Positions 1 through 12,169 of a stretch of 64,000 bases of DNA are shown here, one piece after another. Position numbers and translations under genes: made by a program. Source of the stretch: Eledone cirrhosa. Its lineage: Eukaryota. The stretch covers positions 10,602,001 through 10,666,000 of the forward strand of contig OZ024765.1 of assembly GCA_964016885.1 (NCBI GenBank), read 5' to 3'. How positions within the stretch are numbered: the stretch's first letter is position 1; every line of letters begins with the position of its first letter. The notes beneath the pieces are model-generated. The model was given only the letters and a program-made list of their open reading frames with translations. It ran no database searches and was not told where the DNA came from.

Positions 1-228
1 CATTAGCCCATATCCTTCCAAACAGAGAGTGAAGATGTTGCAGGAGTCTCTCACCACCATATTGTAGGAGCTCAGCATGTATGCCATCCATACCTGGAGA
101 TCTTCCACTGTTCAGCTTCGAAATAGCCACTGCAACCTCCACAAGTGTCGGAGGCTCTGCGAGAGCTACTTTCACGGGACTTTCCGGAATGAGATTGAGG
201 AAATCTTCACTGACGACAGACGGCTGAA
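1..228 (-). mobile_element. RTE-clade LINE reverse transcriptase fragment (region N-terminal to the RT core), runs off the window edge
   Basis: Minus-strand translation ...EPPTLVEVAVAISKLNSGRSPGMDGIHAELLQYGGERLLQHLHSLFGRIW matches the non-LTR K/R-x-PG-x-DGI-x-x-E motif; it starts at a (TA)n tract. Confidence 0.8.
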
Positions 229-768
229 TCATATATATATATATATACATATATACACATATATATATCATTCCATGAGAGCATCCTGGTCGTCAGCCCA
301 CGTACTCTTCAAGCGGCCTTCATATTTTCTATATACAATTATATAATGCCAATAACCTTTCAGGACATTATGAGATTTTACATAACGAATAAACTGTAGA
401 GTATTAGTAAATTTGTCTTACACCGGTGATATACTAAAAGCATACGCAGTCCCAGACTAACTCTGATCTTTTACGACAGTTACCGTGAACTAGTCTAGCA
501 CCTTGCTTACATCTTATAACACTTGCTTTCGTCATATCATGTAAGTTATCTAATACAATATTTAGCATTATTTTCTGTATATATTTATCATGTCTTTAGC
601 ATTACGTTAAAAATGTTTATTATTGCATGGAAATACCAGAAAAAAGAATTTTTTAAATATATTATAACAATGTTTATATATGTTTACGTGTATATATATA
701 GAGGCAGCATGACCCTCCCAAAGTATAACAATAGATAGCTATATGTTTGTTTATATATTAATTGGTGT

Positions 769-806
<38 letters not shown>

Positions 807-827
807 AAATAATATATATATATATAT

Positions 828-970
828 ATAAATGTTTATATTAAAGTGTTTTTTTTATATATATATATAAACATACATAAATATCATATACATATATATA
901 TATATGTATATGATATTTATGTATGTTTATATATATATATATAAAAAAACACTTAAATATAAACATTTAT
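828..970. repeat. AT-rich near-perfect palindrome centred on (TA)n
   Basis: Left arm ataaatgtttatattaaagtg...atcatatacata is mirrored by tatgtatatgat...cacttaaatataaacatttat. Confidence 0.85.
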
Positions 971-1721
971 ATCACGTACGCACCACACACAAATATATAC
1001 ATTAACAACAAGAATTCGTGTTTGTTTATAAAATAACTGAATATTTATTTTCAACAGTGTCTATCGCTTTTGATTACATATACTGTACATATAAAGTTTG
1101 TTTTGAGTGTGTATATAATAAACACACAAACATGCTCCGAATTATGGACACACACCTTTTATAATGAAAATAATATTTATTAATAATATCCGCATATATA
1201 AATACATGTAATAAATATATATATATATTTATATTTATATATATGTAACGTTTTTTTTAAAGCTTTATATGTCTTTTAAATATATACATGAATAACATTA
1301 TAAATGCTTATCCTTAAGGGGTCGATAAAATAAAGTACCAGTAATGTATTGAGTAATAGCTGGCCTTGTGCCAAAAGTAGAAACAATTATAAATTGCTCG
1401 CGATCCTTTCAGAAGGATATATTCCTTTAATGTTGCAATATTAAAGAAAATATAAAGGAAGTGGTGAACAACGGAGCCATCACCAGATCAAAAGACAGCA
1501 GCACCGCGAGGGGTACCGGGCAACCTCGCTAATGATTTTTGAGGCAAGCCAGCACACTTGCAGATTCAGTTTGAAACTAGTTAGAAACTATTGCTCTATC
1601 TTGTACTCGATACTTGGGGGTAGTAGAGTATGGTTATATTATAAGGAATCGGGGCCCGATGGCTGAGCTCCTGTCGTTTCAACAGCTAGTTCCAGACTGG
1701 AACTAGCTGTTGAAATATATA

Positions 1722-1925
1722 GGGTAAAGACCCCCTTCGGTCACGAATTACCATGGGATCTGTGTCTAGAAAGTTCCTCTCCGAGGCATAAGTATGAGCA
1801 AGGTTGTTTGTGGAAGACTAGGAGTCACCCATGCATAGCTGTCTCCCTCGCCACGCCACCGATGTTGTCCAACGGAAGAGCAATCATGAATACAGCTTGG
1901 CAGCTGTGACGTTGCATAGCTGATA
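1722..1925 (-). mobile_element. SINE body/tail fragment, same family as 54135-54432
   Basis: Reverse complement shares ttggacaacatc.gtggcgtgg, tcttccacaaacaaccttgc and gaggaactttctaga with the 54 kb copy. Confidence 0.65.
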
Positions 1926-2141
1926 TTGGGTGAAATAGCTTTAAACATTAGTGGATATTAAACGATTTAATTTCGAAAGACAGGTTCGGTACTGACCTAA
2001 TCAACTACACACCATAACAAGAGGCTCTTGAGCCTGCCTCTTGTAATTCTGGCAGCATTGTTGAAGGTGATAGCGAAGTTAAGGCGCTACAATCGTACTC
2101 TTCACCATTGCAAATGTATCCATCTGCAATATATATATATA

Positions 2142-2170
2142 CTAGCAAAATGGCCCGGCGTTGCTCGGAA
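2142..2170 (-). mobile_element. Helitron 3' terminus remnant
   Basis: ctagca...cccggcgttgctcgg is the same terminal hairpin+CTAG as the full element at 27165. Confidence 0.55.
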
Positions 2171-2289
2171 TTTGCTCTAGGGTTCTTATATATTTGATAT
2201 ATATTTATCCTTATCGAGCCTCGTGAAATAAATACGTTTGTTTATATTTTGTTATTGTGTTGCAAAAATATCTGTACACGAATATCATT

Positions 2290-2627
2290 TTTTCATCATT
2301 TCATTTTACGTCCGCTTTTTCCCTGCTTGCTAGGGTGGGACGGGAACCGATTCTGGCTTGATTTCTACAGCTGGATGCCCTTCCTATCACCAACCTCATT
2401 TACAGTGAGTGCTGGGTGCTCTTTTCCGTGGCGCCTCCACGACCACTTTGCAGTGGAATGATAGGGACACCAGTCCCTATCATCTCATTTCTACAGCTGA
2501 GTAAACTGGAGCAATGTGAAATAAAGTGTCTTGCGCAAGGAAACAACACATCACCCGGTCTGAGAATTGAACTCACAACCTTTCGATTGCAAGGCCAATG
2601 CTCTAACCACTAAGCCATGTGGCTCCA
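2290..2627 (-). mobile_element. tRNA-derived SINE family A (~330 bp)
   Basis: A box tggcttagtgg, B box gagttcaattc, central ccttg.gcaagacactt block, tail cggacgtaaaatgaaatgatga; at least 8 near-identical copies in the window. Confidence 0.9.
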
Positions 2628-2628
2628 T

Positions 2629-2955
2629 GAGCTGCCAGTGAAGACAGGAATCTCACAATCACTAGCCCGACTCCCCCAAAGGTCTCGAACGCCACAGGCT
2701 GGAAAATGTTGCCCGACAGATCACAGTATTTTAGAATTTTGTTCCGTTCGGCTGTGGAAGCTGTGGCTCTTGCCTTAACTGCAGCTTCCAGGATGTGGGA
2801 AGAAGCAAAAGAGTCACTAACTGTGATGTCCCAGACAAGGCATCTGCCTGTTGACCAGGGGTACAGGATAAGGGTGTCGGGTCTTTTCCCATCACTTCTG
2901 GACAACACAGATGATTCCAAGATTGAGGGGATGTTTGTCTGAGCCAAATCTCTCA
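2629..2955 (-). mobile_element. CRE-like non-LTR retrotransposon restriction-like endonuclease fragment
   Basis: SRSDGKRPDTLILYPWSTGRCLVWDITVSD...AERNKILKY...FQPVAFETFGG is the RPD..D / K..KY / P..ET.G REL signature. Confidence 0.75.
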
Positions 2956-2961
2956 TATATA

Positions 2962-3307
2962 TCATCATCATCATCATTTCATTTTTACGTCCGCTTTATC
3001 CCTGCTTGCAAGGGTGGGACGGGAACCGATTCTGGCTTGATTTCTACAGCTGGATGCCCTTCCTAACACCAACCTCATTTACAGTTAGTGCTGGGTGCTT
3101 TTTTGCCGTGGCACCTCCACGACCACTTTGCAGTGGAATGATAGGAACCCCAGTCCCTATCATTTCATTTCTACAGCTGAGTAAACTGGAGCAATGTGAA
3201 ATAAAGTGTCTTGCTCAAGGAAACAACACATCACCCAGTCTGAGAATTGAACTCACAACTTTTCGATTGCAAGGCCAATGCTCTAACCACTAAGCCATGT
3301 GCCTCCA
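2962..3307 (-). mobile_element. SINE family A copy
   Basis: Near-identical to 2290-2627. Confidence 0.9.
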
Positions 3308-3467
3308 TGTATATAATAAAATAAAATAACAGGAGGCTGTAAAAGGTTTATTATACTATGACCATTTATAATCCATAATATTACATCAAGGTTGACCATA
3401 CGGACTGACCAGTTCTATCCAGTGGAGAACCAACAAACCTAAATATATATATATATAAATATATATA

Positions 3468-3705
3468 GAGGAGACTGAGGTTAGCTGGACATGCTCACCA
3501 ACATCCAGAGTTGACACTGCACTCAGTGCTCCTGTGGGAGCTCCTACATGGACACACTGGAAGAGGAAGACCAAGGTTAACGTATGTTGATGCCCTAAGG
3601 ACAGACACTGGTTTCTTGGAGACGCAGGACATGGTAGCGATAATGAAGGACAGAGACCGCTGGAGAGAACTCGTCCATGGATCTCGGGAATTTTACCCGC
3701 CCTAG
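3468..3705 (+). mobile_element. RTE-clade LINE ORF C-terminus
   Basis: RLRLAGH...LLWE..HG...RGRPRLTYVD.LR.DTG...MKDRDRWRELV then stop. Confidence 0.8.
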
Positions 3706-3706
3706 A

Positions 3707-4390
3707 ATCATCATCATCATCATCATCATCAACGTTTAACGTCCGTGTTCCACGCTTGCATGGGTTTGGACGGGGGTTTTCCCACTTGAGGCAAGAGTGG
3801 TTGTCTTGCTCGCATAGGACTGTCTGGCAGGTTTTCTACAGTTGGATGCCCTTCCTAACACCAACCACATTTACAGTGTGGGTCTGGGAGGTTTTTACCG
3901 TGTTGCCTACACGGCCACATTACAGCGTGGACTGTCTGGCAGGTTTTCTACAGTTGGATGCCCTTCCTAACACCAACCACATTTACAGTGTGGGTCTGGG
4001 AGGTTTTTACCGTGTTGCCTACACGGCCACATTACAGCGTGGACTGTCTGGCAGGTTTTCTACAGTTGGATGCCCTTCCTAACACCAACCACATTTACAG
4101 TGTGGGTCTGGGAGGTTTTTACCGTGTTGCCTACACGGCCACATTACAGCGTGGACTGTCTGGCAGGTTTTCTACAGTTGGATGCCCTTCCTAACACCAA
4201 CCACATTTACAGTGTGGGGCTGGGAGGTTTTTACCGTGTTGCCTACACGGCCACATTACAGCGTGGACTGTGTGTTTTTTTGTCGTGACACCTACACGAT
4301 CTCATTTGTTTCGGCCTCGATGGCGCGGCACCAACATAACTTTACATAGAACGGGGTGGTGTGGATGGGGTGGGGGTGGGACGGGGTGTA
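3707..4390 (-). mobile_element. RTE LINE 3'UTR (family B) with an internal 112-bp unit repeated ~4x
   Basis: Tail ggacgttaaacg(atg)n on minus; 112-bp period over 3820-4270; homologous to 5768-6177 and 63810-64000. Confidence 0.75.
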
Positions 4391-4647
4391 TATATATATA
4401 TGTATATGTATGTGTATGTATATATATATGTATGTATGCGCGTGTGTGTGTATATGAAAAATTCAGGACCTCGACGGCTGAGCTCTGGCTGTTTCAGCTA
4501 GGTCCAAACCATTCAGATCTAGCTGTTGAAACAGCTAGACCTCAGCCGTCGGGGTCCTAAATTTTTCATATTACCCACTCTACTACCCCAAGTATTGAGT
4601 ACTCTGATGCGTTATGGTCTAACTGGTTTTTACAGCCTCCATTCTGA

Positions 4648-4790
4648 TATATACACACATACACACATATATATATATATGTATATATAAATATATATAC
4701 ATATATATACACACACACAAACACACATATATATATATACACACAAACACATATATATATATATACACACACACATATATACATATACAC

Positions 4791-4831
<41 letters not shown>

Positions 4832-4908
4832 TATATAAATATACACACACACACGCATTTATATATATATATATATATATACATATATGCACACGCACAT
4901 ACATATAA

Positions 4909-4962
<54 letters not shown>

Positions 4963-5768
4963 GCATATATACACACACACCCACATATATACATAAATAT
5001 ATAAATATACACATACACACACGCATATATATATATATATATATACATACATATATACACACACAGACATATATAAACACACACATATATATATATATAC
5101 ACATGCATATACACACACACACATACACACACACACACATATACATAAATATATAAATATACACACACACACACGCATATATATATATATATACATACAT
5201 ATATACACACACGTACATATATATAAACACACACACATATATATATACACACATACATATACACACACACATACACACACACACACACATGCATATATAT
5301 ATATATATATATATAGATACATATATACACACACACATACATATATATAAACACACACACATATATATACATAAATATATAAATATACACACACACATAT
5401 ATATATATATACATACATATATACACACACACATGCATATATATATAAATATATATATACATATATACACACACACATACATATATATAAACACACACAT
5501 ATATATATACATAAATATATAAATATACACACACACACACGCATATATATATATATATACATACTTATATACACACACACATACATATATATAAACACAC
5601 ATATACATATACACTCACATATACACACACACACATATACATAAATATATAAATATACACACACACACGCATATACATATATACACACACACATACATAT
5701 ATATAAACACACACACATGTATATATATATATAAATATATAAATATACACACACATACACGCATATAT
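4648..5768. repeat. Compound (TA)n/(CA)n microsatellite
   Basis: Direct inspection; source of the spurious YI/CV ORFs. Confidence 0.95.
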
Positions 5769-6177
5769 CATCATCATCATCATCATCGTTTAACGTCCGT
5801 GTCCCACGCTTGCATGGGTTTAGACGGGGGTTTTCCCACTTGAGGCAAGAGTGATTGTCTTGCTCGCATAGGACTGTCTGGCAGGTTTTCTACAGTTGGA
5901 TGCCCTTCCTAACACCAACCACATTTACAGTGTGGGTCTGGGAGGTTTTTACCGTGTTGCCTACACGGCCACATTACAGCGTGGACTGTGTGTTTTTTTG
6001 TCGTGACACCTACACGATCTCATTTGTTTCGGCCTGGATGGTGTGGCACCAACATAACTTTACATAGAACGGGGTGGTGTGGATGGGGTGGGGGTGGTGG
6101 GACGGGGGCGTATTTTGTTAGAGATGCCTACTGACTGTAGTAGGTTTTACTTTGTATTTAGGTAAGGCGGGTCTTCT
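5768..6177 (-). mobile_element. RTE LINE family B 3' end (last codons plus 3'UTR)
   Basis: Minus strand agaagacccgccttacctaa...cagtcagtaggca matches the ORF end and 3'UTR at 63790-63860. Confidence 0.8.
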
Positions 6178-6421
6178 ATATATATATATACACATATATA
6201 CACACACACATACATATATATAAACACACACATATATATATATACACACATACATATACACATACATACATACATCCACACAATGGTTGTGTTTATTTAA
6301 ACGCATATCATACTTAACATTGTTTAAAAGTACACAGCATCTTACTGTCTGTGTCAGTCAGAGTCAGTCAGTCAAAGCCTATCAGTCTCTGCTGTATATA
6401 TTGTAATGTTATTCTTATATA

Positions 6422-6612
6422 GGTGGATTGGCAGTATCAGTAGAGGGTCCGACACCATGCTTTGCAGCAAAGAGTTACGGCCCTTTATGGTCTGAGTTAA
6501 AATCCCGCCGAGGTTAACTGTGCCTTTTATCCTTACGAGGTCGATAAAATAACGTACCAGTAATACACTGGGTAATTTGCTGGCCTTGTGCCAAAAGTAG
6601 AAACAGTTATTC
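6422..6612 (+). mobile_element. tRNA-derived SINE family M (Meta-domain-like)
   Basis: Head tggcagtatc.gtagag...gagtt.aaatcccg, core gcctttt/catccttacg.ggtcgataaaat...gtacc, tail gctggccttgtgcc.aaagtagaaac. Confidence 0.8.
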
Positions 6613-7130
6613 TTATATAGGATTCATATATATGGCCTCAGCCGGATGGCTGGGACAGGCAAAAGAGTAAAAGATATATATATATGTATGTATATATATG
6701 TAAGAGATGACCCCTTAGCCTTTGTCAAGGCAGAATTCTAGGAGAAGGAAAACTCTGATATAACACCTGCAACCCTGATGGTATTCAATGATGTTGACTT
6801 GTTCTTCTTTTTGGTAAATATCATCTTGGTTAAGAGAGTGGGACTGGCTTTGTGCAGTGCCTTTGCTCACTATAAAAGCTTCACGGCACAGGCATTGCTT
6901 TATATCTGGAGATCTCTCTGCACTTGTCCTCACATGGTACCATGGGCCCAGCACTATGTGTCAGTAATTGTCACAAGTGTAGTGTTTGTACCAGAGTTTT
7001 CAAGTCGCTGGCTGGACTAAAAAGTCACACTCGTTCAGCGCTTCGGTAGGGGTTCTCCTACATGGATATAAATTAGTGGCCGTACTCGAAAACGAGTTGG
7101 CAGCCACCATATATATGTATGTATGAGTGT

Positions 7131-7408
7131 CATCATCATCATCATCGTTTAACGTCTGTCTTCAACGCTAGCATAGGTTTAGTCGGGAGTTGTCCCACTT
7201 GAGGCAAGATTAGTCGGGTGACCATGTCTCGCTCGTATAGGACTGTCTGGCAGGTTTTTTATGGCTGGATGCCCTTCCTAACACCAACCACTTTTACAGT
7301 GTGGACTGGGAGCTTTTTACTGTGTTACCTACACGGCCACATTACAGCGTGGACTGTGTGTTTTTTTTTGTCGTGACACCTACACAACCTCATTAGTTTG
7401 GGCTGGAT
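7131..7408 (-). mobile_element. RTE family B-related 3'UTR fragment
   Basis: Shares ggatgcccttcctaacaccaaccac and the (cat)n tail with 5768-6177. Confidence 0.7.
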
Positions 7409-7453
7409 GTGTGTGTATATATATATATGTATATGTGTCTATGTATATATATG

Positions 7454-7511
<58 letters not shown>

Positions 7512-7825
7512 AGATAAGTTATCCCGGGTTCAATATATGTATATATATGTATGTGTATGTATATATATATATGTACATATGTGTGGGTGAGTATATATAT
7601 GTTCATATGTATGTGTGTATGTATGTATGTGTGTGTGTGTGTGTATGTATGTATATATGTATGTATGGATATATGTATATGTATATATGGATGTATATAT
7701 ATATATAGGTATATGTATGTATCATCATCATCATTGTTTAACGTCTATCTTCCACGCTAGCATGGGTTAGACGGGAATTGTCCCATTTGACGTGACCTAT
7801 ATATATGTATTTATGTATTTATATG

Positions 7826-7886
<61 letters not shown>

Positions 7887-7888
<2 letters not shown>

Positions 7889-8187
7889 GATATTAAACAA
7901 ATGGAAACTATATTTATAAAACCATATTTATTTCATTATACATATTTCAGGGATACCATATTAAAAATATGGCATGCCTTCGTCAGATAAAATACAATAT
8001 ATAAACAGTTTTATAAATAATTTTGACGTACCATAATATAAGCGACCATTAAATTAGGAGGCTGCCTGTTTATATATTGTATTTTATCTGACGAAGGCAT
8101 GCCATATTTTTAATATGGTATCCCTGAAATATGTATAATGAAATAAATATGGTTTTATAAATATAGTTTCCATTTGTTTAATATCGT
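7887..8187. mobile_element. Penelope-like fold-back insertion (122-bp identical inverted arms, 57-nt spacer)
   Basis: 7887-8008 is the exact reverse complement of 8066-8187; abuts (TA)n; each arm carries a hammerhead motif. Confidence 0.8.
8080..8145 (+). ncRNA. Type I hammerhead ribozyme motif (mirror copy on - at ~7929-7994)
   Basis: Stem I tattttat/atgaaata, CTGACGA 8088-8094, stem II aggcatgccatatt/aatatggtatccct, GAAA 8126-8129, loop tatgta, UA site 8136-8137. Confidence 0.7.
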
Positions 8188-8531
8188 ATATCTACTCCAA
8201 AAACTTGTCGAGTGCTTTATATCAGTTATAAAATATTTACTTGTTGTAACCCAACAATTTTAAATAAAACTTTTGCATATATATATATATATGTGATGGA
8301 GGGTTTGTGGTTTCTCTCGCGAGAAAAACCACAAACCCTCCATCTCAATTCTACTTTTGAAAAGCATAAGGACTGTGAAACCAGTAAAGAAAACAAATAA
8401 ATATTCTTAAAAAGACTCTAGTTGCATTTTCAATTTCTTTTCCTTATACTTTCACTTGTGCAGGACATCTCGTTTTTCTCATTTAAAAAAACCCCTCATT
8501 TTAGGTTTGTTATTTTTATTGATTTATTACT

Positions 8532-9335
8532 TTAACCCTTTAGTGTTCAAACTGGCCAAAACTGGCCAGAATTTTCTACCTCTTTCTGTTGAAACTGGCT
8601 GTAACTGGTTGCTCAAACTGATGTTAAGGTATTGTTCTCAAAATAAATACTTCCAAAATCTCATAGATTCGATATTATGTGAGATAATTATGCGAGGTAA
8701 AGCCTTTCCCATGAAAATACAATAGTATATATAGAGTAATGTAAATGTTATGTGAGATATTATGTGAGGTAAAGTCTTTACTGTGAAAATACAATAGTAT
8801 ATATAGAGTAATGTAAATGTTATGTGAGATATTATGTGAGGTAAAGCCTTTACTGTGAAAATATAATAGTATATATAGAGTAATGTAAATGTTATGTGAG
8901 ATATTATGTGAGGTAAAGACTTTACCATGAAAATATAATAGTATATATAGAGTAATGTGAATGCTATGTGAGATATTATGTGAGGTAAAGCCTTTACCAT
9001 GAAAATATAATAGTATATATAGAGTAATGTGAATGTTATGTGAGATATTATGTGAGGTAAAGACTTTACCATGAAAATATAATAGTATATATAGAGTAAT
9101 GTGAATGCTATGTGAGATATTATGTGAGGTAAAGCCTTTACCATGAAAATATAATAGTATATATAGAGTAATGTGAATGTTATGTGAGATATTATGTGAG
9201 GTAAAGCCTTTACCATGAAAATATAATAGTATATATAGAGTAATGTGAATGTTATGTGAGATATTATGTGAGGTAAAGCCTTTACCATGAAAATATAATA
9301 GTATATATAAAATAATGTGAATGCTAAAGGGTTAA
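8532..9335. mobile_element. piggyBac-type MITE (TTAA|CCCTTTAG...CTAAAGGG|TTAA) with an internal 72-bp unit repeated ~8-9x
   Basis: TTAA at both ends and CCC/GGG termini; the 72-nt period gives the 24-aa repeat ORF 8638-9354. Confidence 0.85.
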
Positions 9336-9635
9336 ATCGAGACAGGCAAACCATATTGTTTTAAATTAGTATTTTTCAACTTAGCTAACTTGGTCATTTA
9401 CAATTGGAACACATGTATATTTGTATTGGTTTTCATCCCTCTCATATATTCATTTGTATTACACGGCTCGGAAAGATTCCCTTCCTTGAGCTATTTAATT
9501 GTAAAAGACTATTTTGAGTTTCTAACTCAATATATGATATATATGTCAATATGTTGTTTGTTGATAATATACTTTTTCCTGTATATTTCTTTACAGCTAA
9601 GTTCTTTGAAAAATTCAGAATATCCTGTGAAAGCC

Positions 9636-9647
9636 ATGAATGTCAAG
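9636..9647 (+). CDS. MMADHC: MMADHC coding exon 1 (MNVK; exon 9597-9647 including 5'UTR)
   Basis: Acceptor ttctttacag at 9596, gccATG context, donor AAG|gtgggt; phase 0 joins the next exon. A tiny first coding exon is also seen in vertebrate MMADHC. Confidence 0.65.
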
Positions 9648-9949
9648 GTGGGTTGCAAGAAACCATTTCTTTGTTTGTTTCATTATCGGCATCATCATCA
9701 TCACCATCATCATCACCATAATCACCACCACCATCATCATCATCACCAAAATCACCACCATCATCATCATCACCATAATCACCACCACCACCACCACCAC
9801 CATCATCACACCATAATCACCAACACCATCATCATCATCATAATCATCATGATGGGTGTTTTCCAGTGCTCTCCATTCATAGCATTCCTTTGTCACCTCC
9901 TCTGTGAAGTTCAATGTTTTGAGGTCAGCTCTCACCACCCCTGCCCAGG

Positions 9950-10280
9950 TCTTCCTTGGTCTTCCTCCACTGGGAGCGCCTTCCTTGGTCTTCCTCCACT
10001 GCAGCTTCCTTCCACTGGGAGCGCCTTCCTTGGTCTTCCTCCACTGCATCCTCCTTCCACTGGGAGTTCCTTCCTTGGTCTTCCTCCACTACATCTTCCT
10101 TCCACTTGGAACTCCATCATCTCTTCCTTGGTCTTCCTCCACTGCATCTTCCTTCCACTGGGAGCTCCTTCATCATCTCGTCCTTGGTCTTCCTCCACTG
10201 CAGTTTCCTTCCACCGGGAGATCTCTTCTTTGGTCTTCCTCTACTGCAGCTTCCTTCCACTTGGAACTCCTTTCTCATCT
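9950..10280. repeat. ~45-55 bp degenerate tandem repeat derived from an RTE C-terminal segment (minus GRPRK motif)
   Basis: Unit ccttggtcttcctccactgcagcttccttccactggga; minus strand reads GGRPRKTWAGVVRADLK. Confidence 0.7.
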
Positions 10281-10330
10281 CCTCTCCTCTACTACATTGT
10301 TAAAAAACACACCAGAAATCATTATTCATA

Positions 10331-10820
10331 TGAGGTTTAGATGAAAAGTTCATAGGCTGGCCAAGAGACTCTCATGGAATGACCAAATGACATTTATTTT
10401 TCAACATAGTCCCTGAAAAGAAAGAAGGCAGTTATTTATTAATCAGAAGTGTTGATATTAATGCATGAAAGATTTCACAGCTTTAGCATCACTCCTTCAT
10501 TGTCAGCCTCCTTTCAGCTAATCTTCGTATATTTGCATATATACGTGTGTTTCTCTCATTATGTGTGTGTGTGTATATATATATATAATATATATATATA
10601 GAGAGAGAGATATACACACACACACACAAGGGCTGGCTAAAAAGTTCATAGGCTGACCAAGATACTCTTGTGGAACGACTAAATGAGGTTTATTTTTCAA
10701 TATACTCCCAGGAAAGAAACAATGCAGTTATTAATAAGTTAAAATTTAATGCAGGCAAGATTTCACAGCTCTAGCATCACTCCTTCATAGTCAGCATATG
10801 AACTTTTCATTTGCCCCTTG
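10331..10820. mobile_element. Two mariner-derived MITEs (10331-10527, 10627-10820); partial third copy at 11240-11325
   Basis: TIR-like aaaagttcataggctgac / gtcagcatatgaactttt; interior matches the mariner 5' region at 21555-21635. Confidence 0.65.
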
Positions 10821-10847
10821 TATATATATATATATTTCATCTTATAT

Positions 10848-11183
10848 ATCATCATTTCATTTTACGTCCGCTTTTCCCTGCTTGCAAGGGTGGGATGGGA
10901 ACTGATTCTGGCTTGATTTCTACAGCTTAATGCCCTTCCTAACACCAACCTCATTTACAGTGAGTGATGGGTGCTTTTTTGCCGTGGCACCTCCACGACC
11001 ACTTTGCAGTGGAATGATAGGGATCCCAGTCCCTATCATCTCATTTCTACAGCTGAGTAAACTGGAGCAATGTGAAATAAAGTGTCTTGCTCAAGGAAAC
11101 AACACATCACCCGGTCTGAGAATTGAACTCACAACCTGTCGATTGCAAGGCCAATGCTCTAACCACCAAGCCATGTGCCTCCA
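10848..11183 (-). mobile_element. SINE family A copy
   Basis: Near-identical to 2290-2627. Confidence 0.9.
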
Positions 11184-11374
11184 TATATATATATATATAT
11201 ATAAGTATTACATCACAAACTCACACGAGAGTATAGAAAGATGAAATTTAATGCATGCAAAATTTCACAGCCCTAGCATCACTCCTTCATAGTCAGTCTG
11301 TGAACTTTTTAGCTGACCCACATACGTAGTTTTAATAGGATTTCTAATTTGCATGTTACTTTATTTCACTCCAG

Positions 11375-11492
11375 CTGCCTAATACGATGAAGTTTGTCCA
11401 GCACAGGACGAAACTCTTCAATGCTTTTGTGAACCAATTTATACAATATGCACGTCGGGGCCACCCATCAGTCACACCCACATGTAGTCAGG
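11375..11492 (+). CDS. MMADHC: MMADHC coding exon 2 (LPNTMKFVQHRTKLFNAFVNQFIQYARRGHPSVTPTCSQ-G), targeting-peptide-like
   Basis: Acceptor tttcactccag, donor G|gtaagt, 118 nt open, phase 0->1 fits both neighbours; basic and free of acidic residues. Confidence 0.8.
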
Positions 11493-11577
11493 GTAAGTGT
11501 CCTTTTCTCTTTGTTTTGGTCTCTCTTTCCTTTCTTCATGTTTAATTTTTGAATTAGATGTTATTATATATATAGGA

Positions 11578-11793
11578 AGACGATCGACTTTTGTCAAATC
11601 GGACCGAGGGAACAATGTTTCCGTTGGTCTTTCCAATTGCTAATACTATCTATCGGTCGCAACTCCAGGTAGAAGGAGCAACGTGAAATAAAGTGTCTTG
11701 CTCAAGGACATAACGCATCGCCTGGTCCAGGAATCGAACTCACAACCTTACGATTGCGAATCCAATTCTCTAACCACTCAGCCACACGCCTTC
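11578..11793 (-). mobile_element. SINE with family-A-type tRNA head and a different body
   Basis: Minus strand tggctgagtggttagag...gagttcgattcc...ccttgagcaagacactttatttcac. Confidence 0.7.
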
Positions 11794-12021
11794 ATTATAT
11801 ATATATATAGTAATAATAATAAATGTGAAGACTAAAATCCAAAGAGGGCTCGATAAGGATAAATATATAACAAATATATAAGAACCCTAGAGCAAATAAT
11901 TATTAAAATAACAGATTAAAGTTTAAGCAAACAATTGCTGCTTTCATCCTTAACGGGATCTTTATATATATATATATATATAAATATAAATATATACATA
12001 TATATAAATATATATATATAC

Positions 12022-12169
<148 letters not shown>

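Noticed and set aside
6710-7108. Unique-looking GC-richer segment with short ORFs
   Set aside because: No recognisable protein motif or splice pair; flanked by (TA)n, probably an unclassified repeat fragment.
9390-10340. 316-aa poly-His ORF
   Set aside because: Non-ATG start; reads through a tiny MMADHC exon into (CAT/CAC)n and an RTE-derived repeat.
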